Shown in pieces: positions 8,288-18,419 of a stretch of DNA of 64,000 nucleotides. Source of the DNA: an uncultured Spirochaetota bacterium (GTDB taxonomy: Bacteria; Spirochaetota; Spirochaetia; SZUA-6; Fen-1364); assembly GCA_963734545.1 (NCBI GenBank), contig CAVTHO010000003.1:160001-224000 (forward strand), read 5' to 3'. The notes under the pieces were generated by a model. That model did not search any database. It was not told where the DNA came from and saw only the letters and a program-made list of their open reading frames with translations. Position 1 is the first letter of the stretch; the number at the start of each line of letters is the position of its first letter. Position numbers and translations under genes: made by a program.

Positions 8288-9955
8288 ATGAAGTTCAACG
8301 GCGCATCTCTCCTGATCGAGCTCCTGAAGAGACAGGGCATCGAATCCGTTGCCGGCATCCCCGGCGGCGCGAACCTTCCGCTCTATGACGCACTCGGGCG
8401 GAGCGATCTTCGCCACGTGCTGGTCCGCCATGAGCAGGCCGGCGGCTTCATGGCGCAGGGCATCGCGCGGTCCACGGGCAAAGCGGCCGTATGCTTTGCC
8501 ACGTCGGGACCGGGCGCAGTCAACCTGCTCACCGCAATCGCGGACGCGAAACTCGACTCCATACCGATCGTCGCGGTCACCGGGCAGGTTGCTTCTGCCT
8601 TGATCGGGACGGATGCATTCCAGGAAGTGGATACCTATGGAATGACCATACCGATCACCAAGCACAACTTTCTCGTCCGAAGTGCCGCGGAGCTTCTCGA
8701 AATAGTCCCCGAAGCGTTCCGGATCGCGCTTTCCGGACGCCAGGGGCCGGTCCTGATCGACCTGCCGAAGGACGTTCAGCAGGCGGCCATTGAGCGGGAC
8801 ACGCTGCCGGCGCCCGGCGTCCCCGATCCCGCGCCGGAGCCGGACGGGGCCGCCCTCGCCCACATGGCGCGCATGATCGCGGCGTCGGAGCGCCCGCTCC
8901 TGTACGTGGGCGGCGGTGTCGTCGCTTCCGGGGCGGAAGCGGAGGTGCGCGCTCTTTCGGCAGGGTGCGGCATCCCGGTGGTCACCACCCTCATGGGTCT
9001 CGGCGTGATGGAACCGGAGAATCCCCTGGGTCTCGGCATGCTCGGCATGCATGGGAGCAGGGCCACGAACTTCGCGGTCGACCGCACGGACCTCCTCATC
9101 GCGCTCGGGGTGCGGTTCGATGACCGGGCCACCGGATCGGTGGCCTCCTTCGCCCCCCACGCGCGCGTGATTCACATGGATATCGACGAGGCGGAGTTCG
9201 GGAAGATCCGCCATCCGGACATATCGTCGGGGTGCGATCTGAGCCAGGGTCTCAAGCGGTTGAACAGGCTGGTGGCGCGCGCCGAGCGCCGGGAATGGAA
9301 GGCGGAGATCGAGGCGCTGCGCGCCGCGCACTCCCTCCCGTCGCAGGAGGACGCCTCGCACCCCGCGCGCCTGATCGGCAGCCTCGCCGCGGCGGCCCCG
9401 CCGGACTGCATCGTCACCGCCGACGTCGGCCAGCACCAGATGTGGGCGGCGCAATCGTGGCCGGTGCGGAGATCGCGGAGCTTCCTCACGTCGGGCGGCC
9501 TGGGCACCATGGGGTTCGCGGTTCCCGCGGCCATGGGGGCGGCGATTGCCAATCCGGGCACCGCGGTCCTGGTCCTCACGGGAGACGGCTCGATGCTCAT
9601 GAACATCCAGGAGCTGGCGACGATTGCGGAGAACGGATTCGATGTCCGGATCTGCGTCTTGAACAATGGCCATCTCGGGCTCGTCCGCCAGCAGCAGGAG
9701 CTGTTCTACGGCAAGCGCTATGTCGCCTCGCGGTTCGACGCGCGGCCGGACTTCGCGGCAATCGCCCGCGGATTCGGCATCCGCGCATGCACGCTCCAGC
9801 TGGACCGGGACGAGGGCGCCCTCGCGCGCGCCCTTTCCGCCAGGGGACCCGTGCTTCTCGACATCGCCGTCCCGGAGACGGAGAACGTCTATCCGATGGT
9901 CCCGCCCGGCAAGAGCAACGTCGAGGCCATCTGGGCCGGGGAGAGGAACGCATGA
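8288..9955 (+). CDS. ilvB: Acetolactate synthase large subunit
   Basis: GIPGGANLPLYD, RHEQAGGFMA, TSGPG, GMLGMHG, DVGQHQMW and the TPP motif GDGS...NN. Confidence 0.95.
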   Translation: MKFNGASLLIELLKRQGIESVAGIPGGANLPLYDALGRSDLRHVLVRHEQAGGFMAQGIARSTGKAAVCFATSGPGAVNLLTAIADAKLDSIPIVAVTGQVASALIGTDAFQEVDTYGMTIPITKHNFLVRSAAELLEIVPEAFRIALSGRQGPVLIDLPKDVQQAAIERDTLPAPGVPDPAPEPDGAALAHMARMIAASERPLLYVGGGVVASGAEAEVRALSAGCGIPVVTTLMGLGVMEPENPLGLGMLGMHGSRATNFAVDRTDLLIALGVRFDDRATGSVASFAPHARVIHMDIDEAEFGKIRHPDISSGCDLSQGLKRLNRLVARAERREWKAEIEALRAAHSLPSQEDASHPARLIGSLAAAAPPDCIVTADVGQHQMWAAQSWPVRRSRSFLTSGGLGTMGFAVPAAMGAAIANPGTAVLVLTGDGSMLMNIQELATIAENGFDVRICVLNNGHLGLVRQQQELFYGKRYVASRFDARPDFAAIARGFGIRACTLQLDRDEGALARALSARGPVLLDIAVPETENVYPMVPPGKSNVEAIWAGERNA

Positions 9956-10251
9956 ACACCCTGCCGAATACCATTGTCAAGCTGAAGGTGAGGAATCACC
10001 CGGGAGCAATGTCCCATATCACGGGCCTCTTCTCCCGGCGCGGCTTCAATCTCGAGGGAATCCTCTGCGCCCCCGTGGGCAGCGGGGAGGACAGCGCGAT
10101 GTACCTTCTGGTGCGGAACGACGAGAGGCTGGAACAGATCGTGAAGCAGCTTCGCAAGCTCTACGACGTGATGTCGGTGGTCGTGCAGGACGACCTGGAT
10201 CACACCGTGTTCAACCGCATCGAGGAGCTTTTGGGGGACGCCCGGCTCTAG
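9952..10251 (+). CDS. ilvN: Acetolactate synthase small (ACT) subunit
   Basis: VRNHPGAMSHITGLFSRRGFNLEGI; ATGA overlap with ilvB. Confidence 0.92.
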   Translation: MNTLPNTIVKLKVRNHPGAMSHITGLFSRRGFNLEGILCAPVGSGEDSAMYLLVRNDERLEQIVKQLRKLYDVMSVVVQDDLDHTVFNRIEELLGDARL

Positions 10252-10383
10252 AATGCGCGAGTACGCGCCGCCCTAGAATGTCGGCGTCTGCTGCATGATC
10301 TTTTCGCGAGCGTGAATCCCTCATTTTGGTGATGCCGCGCGGATCGAGTTTTTTCTACTCTCAGGCATGCGAGGAGAAGAAAG

Positions 10384-10863
10384 ATGATCGATCTCGACGT
10401 GGAATCCCTGTACAATCGATACGGACCCATGGTGATGCGGAGGTGCATGCACCTCCTCCGAAACGAGGAAGAAGCGGCGGATGCCATGCAGGAGACCTTC
10501 GTGCGCGTCCTCACTCACAGGACCACGCTGCACGCCGGGTACCCTTCCAGCCTGTTGTACCGTATTGCCACGAACGTCTGCCTCAACCTCATGCGCACAA
10601 AACGGCGCAAGCCGACCCTCCGGGGCGAGCCGTTCCTCGAGATGGTGGGTGAGGAGAGCCACGAGGAGCGGGTCCTGGACGCCTATCTGATCGAACAGAT
10701 CTTCAGTGGAGCAAAGGAAAGCACCCGGCGGACGGCAGAAGCCTATTATCTGGAATGCGGGACGATCAGAGAGACCGCACAGCGGGTGGGGCTGTCGAGC
10801 TCCGGCGTGCGCAAGCGGCTGTCCGCGCTGCGCCGGCAGGGTCTTGCCCTCATGAATCGCTAG
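10384..10863 (+). CDS. ECF-type sigma-70 factor
   Basis: EAADAMQETFVRV, LYRIATNVCLN (region 2) and a C-terminal HTH. Confidence 0.85.
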   Translation: MIDLDVESLYNRYGPMVMRRCMHLLRNEEEAADAMQETFVRVLTHRTTLHAGYPSSLLYRIATNVCLNLMRTKRRKPTLRGEPFLEMVGEESHEERVLDAYLIEQIFSGAKESTRRTAEAYYLECGTIRETAQRVGLSSSGVRKRLSALRRQGLALMNR

Positions 10864-10914
10864 ACGGGGCGCCTCCCGTACGTCCGTGCACTCGGCGCCC
10901 CTCGGCGTCCCTGC

Positions 10915-13251
10915 CTACGGGGCAAGGGGCGCCACCACGGTCACGCATGTGCCCCGGCCCGGGCCAGAGTCCACGGTCAGGCCGCCCGCAATCCTCTCCA
11001 CCCGCTCCCGCATGCTGCGCAGCCCTATCCCGCCGCTCGCCTGCGCCTGGTCGAGCTCGAATCCCACACCGTCATCGCTGATCTCCAGGCGCGCCTCTTC
11101 CTCCCCGAATCGCAGGAGAATCCGCACCGCGTGGGCGCGCGAGTGTTTCAGGGTATTGTTCAACGCCTCCTGCGCGATCTGATACAGCTCCTGGCGGACG
11201 CGCGGGTCCAGGCGCTCGGTTCCCTCCACGTTGTAGCCCACGGACATGCCGCCGCGTGACTCGACGGCGTCCAGTCGAATCTGGAGAGCGTCGACGAGGC
11301 TGCCCTTTTCCAGGGCCGGCGGGGCGAGCTCGAAGATCAGCAGCCGCATCTCCCGAAGGGTCTCGCGGGCCGTGCCTCCCAGCTCCCGCAGGTGCTCGGC
11401 GGCCTCGGCCGTCTGGTTGGCCTGGAGATGACGCGCGGCAGCCTCGGCGTAGAGGGTGACGCTGTACAGAGACTGCGTCACCGAATCGTGAAGCTCCCGG
11501 GCCAGGCGGTTGCGTTCGGCAAAGACCGCCGCCTGCTCCGCCTGGCCGCGCAGCCGGGCGTTCTGAATCGCCAGGGCGGCCTGTGATGCAAGGCTCGAGG
11601 CCACGAGGATCTCTTCGTCGCTGAAGTTTCTCGGCTGGCGATAGTACAGGGTGATCCCTCCATAGCCCTCCCCCTGGACGATCAGCGGAACGGAAAGAAG
11701 CGCCCTGAAACCGCGGCCTACCATGAGCCGCAGGCCGGCCGCTTCTTCCGCATACTCCGGGCTCATCTGGTGCTCCTGCAGATCCACCAACGCGGCAGCA
11801 TCCGGGACAGTGACCGGCTCCTGGGCCGCCAGCGCCCTGCCGGCACCGCCCTTGCCCGGAGAGAATCGCACATTCGCGACGTATTCGGGGTCCAGGCCGC
11901 ACGAGGCCCGAATGCGGAGCGCTCCCCCGGGTGCCTCGGTCTGCATGAGCGAAGCCGCGTCGCTGCCGATGAGCCGGCATGCCTGGCTCACGATGAAATT
12001 CAGCGTTTCCTGGAGCGGCCGATTGGAGTTGAGAACGGAGAGCATCTCCCGCAGGCCTTCGGCGACTTCGCGCCGCCTGTCCGCGTCCGCCCGGCCGATC
12101 TTTTCCCTCTCCAGGAGCCGCGCGTTCTCGATTGCAAGCCCGATCTGCCGTCCCACGGCGATGAGCAGGGAGCCCTCTTCCGGCGTCAGCACCCGGTCCT
12201 GCCGGGAATTGATCACGAGCGCGCCGACCAGCTTGCCTTTGGCCGCCAGCGGCACGCCGATCATCTGCCGGAGCCCTTCCGCCTTGATGAACTGCTTGAG
12301 CTGCCCTTCCGGATACTCGTCGATGGAAAATGAAATCGGCTCGTCGAGACTGACCTGCCTGCCCGCCAGGGCCGTCTCCAGGGGAAGACGCTTCATGCGG
12401 CGGATGAAGTCCTCGGACAGTCCGCGGTGGGCGAGCATGACCAGGGTGCCGCTCCCTTCCTCCAGCGAGTAGGCGCCGCCCGACTCGATCCTGAATGCCT
12501 GCATCGTCTTTGCAAGAGATACGCGCAGGATGTCCCGGAGACTCACGAGCCCGCTCACCACCGCGGCCACCGAGTTGACCAGCTCCAGCTCGCGCGTGCG
12601 CGCCTGCATTCTCTCATCCAGCGCCTCATAGGCATGCTCGAGCTCCGTGGCAATGCGGTTGCTCGCCGTCAGCGTTCGGAGGTGCTTCGCGTAGAAGCGC
12701 TCCACGAGCACCGTCAGCGTGATCAGGAAGACCGTGAGCGCCGCCCCCGCTTCGATCCAGAAGCCCGCGCTCAGGGGATTTTCCTTCTCCGCGAGCCACT
12801 GCGCGAGAACCCCCCCTGCGGCCAGGGAGGCGAATGCCGCGTACATGCCGAGGCTGACGGCGAGACACAGCCAGCCCGCGCGCCCGTTGATCAGGATGAC
12901 GGCCGCCGCGGGGAGGATCATGAGGTAGAGCCGCCCGCTGCCCGCCAGGCCCACCCGGGCGAAGCTCGCCGCCGCGTTGATGTAGGCCACGAAGAAGAAC
13001 GCCGCTGCGCGCAGCGTCACATCCAGCCGGGGGAGGAAGGCGAGCAGGGCGAACGTGATATACACGCCCCCGTAGATCCACAGGAGGGGAGTGGCCTGCC
13101 CGCGGAGGACCGCGGCCACGATCGTGGACGCATAGGCCGGCAATCCCGTGCCGAGAACGACGACAAGAACCAGGTAGAGAGCCCTGCTCCTCCACGCCTG
13201 GAGGTCCGTCTCTCCGCCTGTCCGGAGGTCACTGCTTCGGATCTGCCGCAT
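10915..13251 (-). CDS. Membrane sensor histidine kinase with two GAF domains (HisKA_3/NarX type)
   Basis: N-terminal TM helices, two GAF-like segments, ERNRLARELHDSVTQ, QEALNNTLKH, DDGVGF and GIGLRSMRER. Confidence 0.92.
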   Translation of the reverse strand: MRQIRSSDLRTGGETDLQAWRSRALYLVLVVVLGTGLPAYASTIVAAVLRGQATPLLWIYGGVYITFALLAFLPRLDVTLRAAAFFFVAYINAAASFARVGLAGSGRLYLMILPAAAVILINGRAGWLCLAVSLGMYAAFASLAAGGVLAQWLAEKENPLSAGFWIEAGAALTVFLITLTVLVERFYAKHLRTLTASNRIATELEHAYEALDERMQARTRELELVNSVAAVVSGLVSLRDILRVSLAKTMQAFRIESGGAYSLEEGSGTLVMLAHRGLSEDFIRRMKRLPLETALAGRQVSLDEPISFSIDEYPEGQLKQFIKAEGLRQMIGVPLAAKGKLVGALVINSRQDRVLTPEEGSLLIAVGRQIGLAIENARLLEREKIGRADADRRREVAEGLREMLSVLNSNRPLQETLNFIVSQACRLIGSDAASLMQTEAPGGALRIRASCGLDPEYVANVRFSPGKGGAGRALAAQEPVTVPDAAALVDLQEHQMSPEYAEEAAGLRLMVGRGFRALLSVPLIVQGEGYGGITLYYRQPRNFSDEEILVASSLASQAALAIQNARLRGQAEQAAVFAERNRLARELHDSVTQSLYSVTLYAEAAARHLQANQTAEAAEHLRELGGTARETLREMRLLIFELAPPALEKGSLVDALQIRLDAVESRGGMSVGYNVEGTERLDPRVRQELYQIAQEALNNTLKHSRAHAVRILLRFGEEEARLEISDDGVGFELDQAQASGGIGLRSMRERVERIAGGLTVDSGPGRGTCVTVVAPLAP

Positions 13252-13296
13252 GTCCCTCGATCCTAAGGCCGGGCGGAAAGGCGCGCAAGAACCTTT

Positions 13297-13650
13297 TCAG
13301 GATCCGACGAGCGCTGTCACCGCTCCCAGGAGCTGCTCGGGGCTCTCCCCCTTGCTCACGAATGCGTCGGCACCGGCTGTCCTGGCTTCTTCCCGGTAGT
13401 CGTGCAGGGACAGGATGAGAATCTTGATTTCCGGCTGTCGTGACTTGATGCGCCGAGTGGCGGTAAGGCCGTCCAGCTCCGGCATGCGGATGTCCATCAG
13501 GATGAGCTGCGGACGGACTTCCGCCGCGAGGCGGTCCGCCTCCAGTCCTGTCGCGGCCTCCCAGATCTCCGATCCGGGCAATGAGGCCGATAAAAGGGCC
13601 TTCAGGCCGCTGCGGGCGTGTTTCTGATCGTCCGCGATGATAATTTTCAC
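13297..13650 (-). CDS. Single-domain response regulator receiver
   Basis: IIIADD, LMDIRMPELDG and FVSK motifs. Confidence 0.88.
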   Translation of the reverse strand: MKIIIADDQKHARSGLKALLSASLPGSEIWEAATGLEADRLAAEVRPQLILMDIRMPELDGLTATRRIKSRQPEIKILILSLHDYREEARTAGADAFVSKGESPEQLLGAVTALVGS

Positions 13651-13759
13651 CCGTTGTGTCTCCTGGACCGGCGTTTCGAGGCCGCCGCGCCCGGGAACTA
13701 TAAGTCCGGATCAGGGCCCGGGAGCATCGCCAAAAAGAGTGATTTTTCGGAAAGCGCCT

Positions 13760-14434
13760 CTAGGGCGAATGGTGGGCGGGAAAATCGTCCAACGAGGCGA
13801 GCCCGGAACGGAGCGCATAGAGGGCCGCCTGGGTCCTGCTGGCGAGGTGGAGCTTGCTCAGGACATTGCTCACGTGGGTGCGCACGGTCCACTCCGCCAC
13901 GAAGATCTTCGCCGCGATCTCCTTGTTGCTGAGGCCCTGGGAGATCAGGCGAAGCACTTCCAGCTCCCGCTGCGTGAGAGGCTCCGCGGTCGGCTTGCCC
14001 TTTCCCGGGTGGGAAAGCTCCTGCAGGACTTTGCGGGCGATGGCGGGCTCCAGCGAGGGCTCGCCGCGGTAGACCTGCCGGATGGCTTCCAGAAGCTGCT
14101 CGGGGCTGGAATCCTTCAGCAGGTATCCGAGCGCCCCCGCCTTCATCGCGGGGAAAACCTTGTCGTCCGCCGCAAAGCTGGTGAGCACGAGGATCCTGGC
14201 CCCGGGCTGCTGCGCGGTAATCCTGCTGGTGGCCTCTATGCCGTCCATGCTGGGCATGACGAGATCCATGAGGATGACATCCGGCGTGAGAGAGGCCGCC
14301 TTTTCCACCGCTTCCGTCCCGTTCTCGGCTTCTCCGACCACCTGCATGTCTTTTTCCGTTGCGACGAGCGCCTTGATTCCGCGGCGGACGATCCCGTGAT
14401 CGTCGACGATCAGCAGGCGTATGACATCTTTCAC
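13760..14434 (-). CDS. NarL/LuxR family response regulator
   Basis: LLIVDDH, LMDLVMP, GYLLK and LTQRELEVL...SNKEIA HTH; GTG start estimated. Confidence 0.92.
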   Translation of the reverse strand: MKDVIRLLIVDDHGIVRRGIKALVATEKDMQVVGEAENGTEAVEKAASLTPDVILMDLVMPSMDGIEATSRITAQQPGARILVLTSFAADDKVFPAMKAGALGYLLKDSSPEQLLEAIRQVYRGEPSLEPAIARKVLQELSHPGKGKPTAEPLTQRELEVLRLISQGLSNKEIAAKIFVAEWTVRTHVSNVLSKLHLASRTQAALYALRSGLASLDDFPAHHSP

Positions 14435-14709
14435 AGGACAATTCTCCCGCGACGAGTATAGCAGATCAGTCTCTTCTCGCACAGGTGCGTGACTGCCGTG
14501 CCGGCGCAGGCCGCGCAATCGAGGCGGGGGCGCCTTCCTGATGTCGAATGAATTTGATATGATTTCGTCCACGAATTCAGACAAAAGAGCAGAATGGATT
14601 ATTCTCCGCGCAGGAGGCGCTCTAATTGCTTTAATATTGAACAATTATCCGTGACGGATGGGCGCGCATACTGGCACCCTATTTGCATTGACACCTGGTG
14701 GGGGAAAGA

Positions 14710-14961
14710 ATGATGACTCGGCAGGAAGTTTTGTACGAGCTGGAGAAAGTCCTCGAGAAGCCCAAAGGGGCCCTCACGGGCGGCGAGCTTCTTGACGATC
14801 TGCCCGAATGGGACTCGCTTGCCATTCTTGCGTACATTGCACTGGTGGAGAAGAAAACGGGTGTTGTGCTCGACAGCCTGCTGCTCTCCCGGGCACGGAC
14901 CGTGAATGATCTTGTCCGTCTCGTGGTCCCGGACCCGGTCGCCCCGGCCGCGCGCGAGTGA
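14710..14961 (+). CDS. Acyl carrier protein
   Basis: WDSLA phosphopantetheine site; small acidic protein. Confidence 0.8.
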   Translation: MMTRQEVLYELEKVLEKPKGALTGGELLDDLPEWDSLAILAYIALVEKKTGVVLDSLLLSRARTVNDLVRLVVPDPVAPAARE

Positions 14962-14986
14962 GGCCGTGAGGGGCGGCGGCAATCGG

Positions 14987-15991
14987 ATGAACCGCGCATG
15001 CATCTCGGCCATCGAATATTACCTGCCTGAAAACGTGCTCACGAACGAGGATCTCTCCAGGGATTTTCCCGAGTGGAGCCCCGACAAGATACTCGCCAAG
15101 ACGGGAATCGCCCGCCGTCACATTGCCGCTCCGGGAGAGACGTCTGTGGACATGGCGGTCAAGGCGGCGGAGAAGATGTTCGCCAAGGGCAAGGTGAAGC
15201 GCGAGCAGGTCGACTTCGTGATTCTCTGCACGCAGAGCCCCGATTACTACCTGCCGACGTCCGCGTGCATCCTGCAGGACCGGCTCGGAATCCCGACACG
15301 AACCGGGAGCTTTGACATGAACCTCGGCTGCTCGGGGTTCATCTATGGACTGGCCCTCGCGAAGGGGCTCATCGAATCCGGAAGCGCCGGAGAGGTCCTT
15401 CTCATCACGGCGGACACCTACACCAAGCTCCTGCGGCCGGAGGACAGGAGCGTGCGGAGTATTTTCAGCGACGCGGCGGCCGCAACACTCATACGCGCCG
15501 AGCCGGGCGCAGGCGAAGGAAAGCAGCCCATCGGCCCTTTCAGCTTCGGCACCGACGGCTCGGGGGCGGAGAGCCTCATCGTGCGGACCGGGGGATTTCG
15601 CAATCCCGGTTCACCCGCCGAAGGAATGCCCTTTCTCGAGATGGACGGGCCGGGGGTGTTTGCATTCGGGCTGAAGCGCGTTCCGGAGGCCATCACGGAC
15701 CTGCTCCAGAAATGCGAGCTCAGCCTTTCATGTGTCGACCTGTTTATTTTTCACCAGGCGAGCATGTTCATGCTGGAGACCCTGCGCGAGCGCCTGCAGA
15801 TCGCCCCCGAGCGCTTTTTCGTGAATATCGCCCTCCATGGCAACACGGTTTCCAGCACGATTCCCATTGCGATATGCGACGCGTACGCGCAAGGGCTTGC
15901 GCGGCCCATGAGCACGCTTTTTCTGGTCGGATTCGGCGTCGGACTCTCCTGGGCTGCGGCCCGGGTGACGCTGCCCGCCCCCCTCGCATAG
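14987..15991 (+). CDS. Ketoacyl-ACP synthase III (FabH-like)
   Basis: KTGIARR, GCSGFIYGL (Cys), FHQAS (His), GNTVSSTIP (Asn) and GFGVGLSW. Confidence 0.9.
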   Translation: MNRACISAIEYYLPENVLTNEDLSRDFPEWSPDKILAKTGIARRHIAAPGETSVDMAVKAAEKMFAKGKVKREQVDFVILCTQSPDYYLPTSACILQDRLGIPTRTGSFDMNLGCSGFIYGLALAKGLIESGSAGEVLLITADTYTKLLRPEDRSVRSIFSDAAAATLIRAEPGAGEGKQPIGPFSFGTDGSGAESLIVRTGGFRNPGSPAEGMPFLEMDGPGVFAFGLKRVPEAITDLLQKCELSLSCVDLFIFHQASMFMLETLRERLQIAPERFFVNIALHGNTVSSTIPIAICDAYAQGLARPMSTLFLVGFGVGLSWAAARVTLPAPLA

Positions 15992-16063
15992 GGCCGGGGG
16001 CAGACCGCGGCATTTGACGGGCACGAGAGGGACGAATACCTTATAATGTCCCGGGGAACGTAA

Positions 16064-17623
16064 ATGAAAAGGCTCGCCTGTTCCGTCGCCCTGCTGCTCC
16101 TGGCCGTATTCTCATTCGCGGAGGATTTTTTCGACCTGGTGTCCCAGAGCACGCCGGAGCTCATACTGGCGGCCGTCAGGACAGGGGCAAAGCTCAACGA
16201 CAGGGACAAGTATGGCAGGACCCCCCTCATGTTCGCCGCCCGGTTCAACCCGAACGCCGAGGTCATCAGTGCCCTGCTGAAAGCCGGGGCGAAGATCGAA
16301 GAAAAGGACAAAGGCGATCGGACTCCTCTCATGTTCGCCGCGGCGGGCAATGAGAACCCGGAAGTGATCAACGAGCTGCTGAAATCCGGGGCAAAAGTCG
16401 ATGCCAAGGACGAGGATGGAATGACCCCGCTCATGAATGCGGCGGCCACCAATGGGAACCCGGACGTCGCCGGCGAATTGGTGAAAGCGGGAGCAAGAGT
16501 GGACGACAGGGACAAGAACGGCAGGACCGCTCTCATGCTCGCCGCGCGGGACAATGAAAATCCGGAGGTGGTCGCGACCCTCTTGAAATCAGGGGCACGG
16601 ACAGGGGAGCGGGACAGGGACGGAGTGACCCCCCTCATGTTTGCGGCGGTCCATAACGGCAATCCCGAGGTGGTCCTGTTTCTGCTGAACGCCGGTGCGC
16701 GGACCGACGTCAAGGATGCAAGCGGAAGGACGCCCCTCATGGATGCCGCCTATCACACCCAGAGCGTCGACGTGATCTCCGCGTTCCTGAAGGCCGGCGC
16801 GAAGATCGACGATCGGGACAGGTACAACATGACCCCGCTCATGTTCGCCGCGGGCTTCAACGGCGACATCGGTGTATTGAACGCCCTGCTGGAGGCGGGG
16901 GCTGACGTCAGCGACAGGGACCTGGACGGCCACACCCCCCTGATGTGGGCTGCATACAACAACCCGAACCCGAACGTGCTTGCGGCGCTGATACGGGAGG
17001 GAGCGGTAGTCGAGGACAAGGACGCGAAAGGTCAAACGTCCCTGATGTGGGCCTGCTTGAACAATTCGGACCCGGATATCGTGAAGCTGCTCCTGAAGGA
17101 GGGGGCAAACGTGGAGGACAGGGCGCTGAACGGATTCACGCCGCTCATGTTCGCCGCAAAAAACGCCAACCCCGAAGTGCTGAAGCTGCTTCTGGCATCC
17201 GGAGCGAACCGAAACGACAGGGACGCGAACGGCGGAACCGCGCTGATGTCCGCTGCCTACGACAACTCGAACCCCAAGGTGTTACGGGCGCTGCTGGCGG
17301 CGGGGGAAAGCGTCGACGCGAAGGATTCGAATGGCGGGACCGCCCTGATGTCCGCCGCGTACAACAATCTGAACCCGGAAGTGCTCTCTTTGCTGCTGGA
17401 AGCGGGGGCGCAGATCAATGCGCAGGACAATGAGGGCATGACCCCCCTCATGTGGGCGGCAAAACACAACACGAACCCCGATGTGATCTCCGTGCTCCTG
17501 AGGGCCGGCGCGAATGGAAAGCTGACGAGCAGGGAAGGCAAGACCGCCGGCGCCTATGCCGAGGAAAACGAAAAGCTCAAAGGCACCGCCCAGTATTGGG
17601 ACCTGAACAACGCACGGTTCTAG
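16064..17623 (+). CDS. Secreted ankyrin-repeat protein
   Basis: Signal peptide followed by about 14 tandem ~34-aa repeats G.TPLM.AA..N.NPEV...LL.AGA. Confidence 0.92.
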   Translation: MKRLACSVALLLLAVFSFAEDFFDLVSQSTPELILAAVRTGAKLNDRDKYGRTPLMFAARFNPNAEVISALLKAGAKIEEKDKGDRTPLMFAAAGNENPEVINELLKSGAKVDAKDEDGMTPLMNAAATNGNPDVAGELVKAGARVDDRDKNGRTALMLAARDNENPEVVATLLKSGARTGERDRDGVTPLMFAAVHNGNPEVVLFLLNAGARTDVKDASGRTPLMDAAYHTQSVDVISAFLKAGAKIDDRDRYNMTPLMFAAGFNGDIGVLNALLEAGADVSDRDLDGHTPLMWAAYNNPNPNVLAALIREGAVVEDKDAKGQTSLMWACLNNSDPDIVKLLLKEGANVEDRALNGFTPLMFAAKNANPEVLKLLLASGANRNDRDANGGTALMSAAYDNSNPKVLRALLAAGESVDAKDSNGGTALMSAAYNNLNPEVLSLLLEAGAQINAQDNEGMTPLMWAAKHNTNPDVISVLLRAGANGKLTSREGKTAGAYAEENEKLKGTAQYWDLNNARF

Positions 17624-17758
17624 GGAGCTGGCCGCGACCGCCCCTCTTCCACCTTGCCCTGCAGCTTCGCCGTCAGCCGTTCAGATTCGATTATCAATGC
17701 CGTCCGCACGCGTTTGAACAAATGATGCAAATTCAGCTTTGACCTCTTGACAGAACCA

Positions 17759-17786
17759 TGTGACTATTAGTACTAATATAGTCACA
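17759..17786. promoter_or_regulatory. Inverted-repeat operator overlapping the TetR promoter
   Basis: TGTGACTAT-N10-ATAGTCACA, downstream of TTGACA (17747-17752). Confidence 0.7.
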
Positions 17787-17805
17787 GAGATCAGAGGAAA
17801 GAAAA

Positions 17806-18405
17806 ATGCCAAAAGCCTGGAGCGAACGGGAAAAGGACCTGGTAAAGAAGACCCTGCAGAAAGAAGGAAAGAAGCTTTTTGAAAAGTTCGGCCTGCAAAA
17901 GACAACCATCGACGACATCGTCAGGGCTGCCCGCATTTCAAAGGGAGCCTTCTACCTCTTCTATCCATCCAAAGAGCTGCTCTACCAGGAGATCTCAGAG
18001 GCAATCCAGGCTGAAAACCGCAGGAAGGTCTACGACAAGGTCTTCGAGCCTGCGGCCAGCCCAAAGGAAGGTTTCAAGTCTGCTCTGCGATTTGCGCTGA
18101 ATCTTCTGACCTCCACTCCCATGTTCCAGCAAATGGGCAGCGCGGATTACGCATACCTGATGCGAAAGCTCCCGGATGAAATGAAAAGCCAGAGCATGGT
18201 GGGTTACATCGATGAGTTCGTCGGGAACTTCAACACCTGGATCGAAAACGGCTCGATGCGCAAGGTCGACCCTCTGGGTTTGAAAGGCCTCTTCATGTCC
18301 CTGGTGTACCTGGTCATCCACCGCGAGGATTTCGATGAGCCGGGTTTCAACGCGGCAAAAGAGCTGTGGATCGACATGATCTCCGAATACCTGATCAAGG
18401 ATTGA
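17806..18405 (+). CDS. TetR/AcrR family regulator
   Basis: FEKFGLQKTTIDDIVRAARISKGAFYLFYPSKE. Confidence 0.92.
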   Translation: MPKAWSEREKDLVKKTLQKEGKKLFEKFGLQKTTIDDIVRAARISKGAFYLFYPSKELLYQEISEAIQAENRRKVYDKVFEPAASPKEGFKSALRFALNLLTSTPMFQQMGSADYAYLMRKLPDEMKSQSMVGYIDEFVGNFNTWIENGSMRKVDPLGLKGLFMSLVYLVIHREDFDEPGFNAAKELWIDMISEYLIKD

Positions 18406-18419
18406 GGGAGGTGGGCGTA

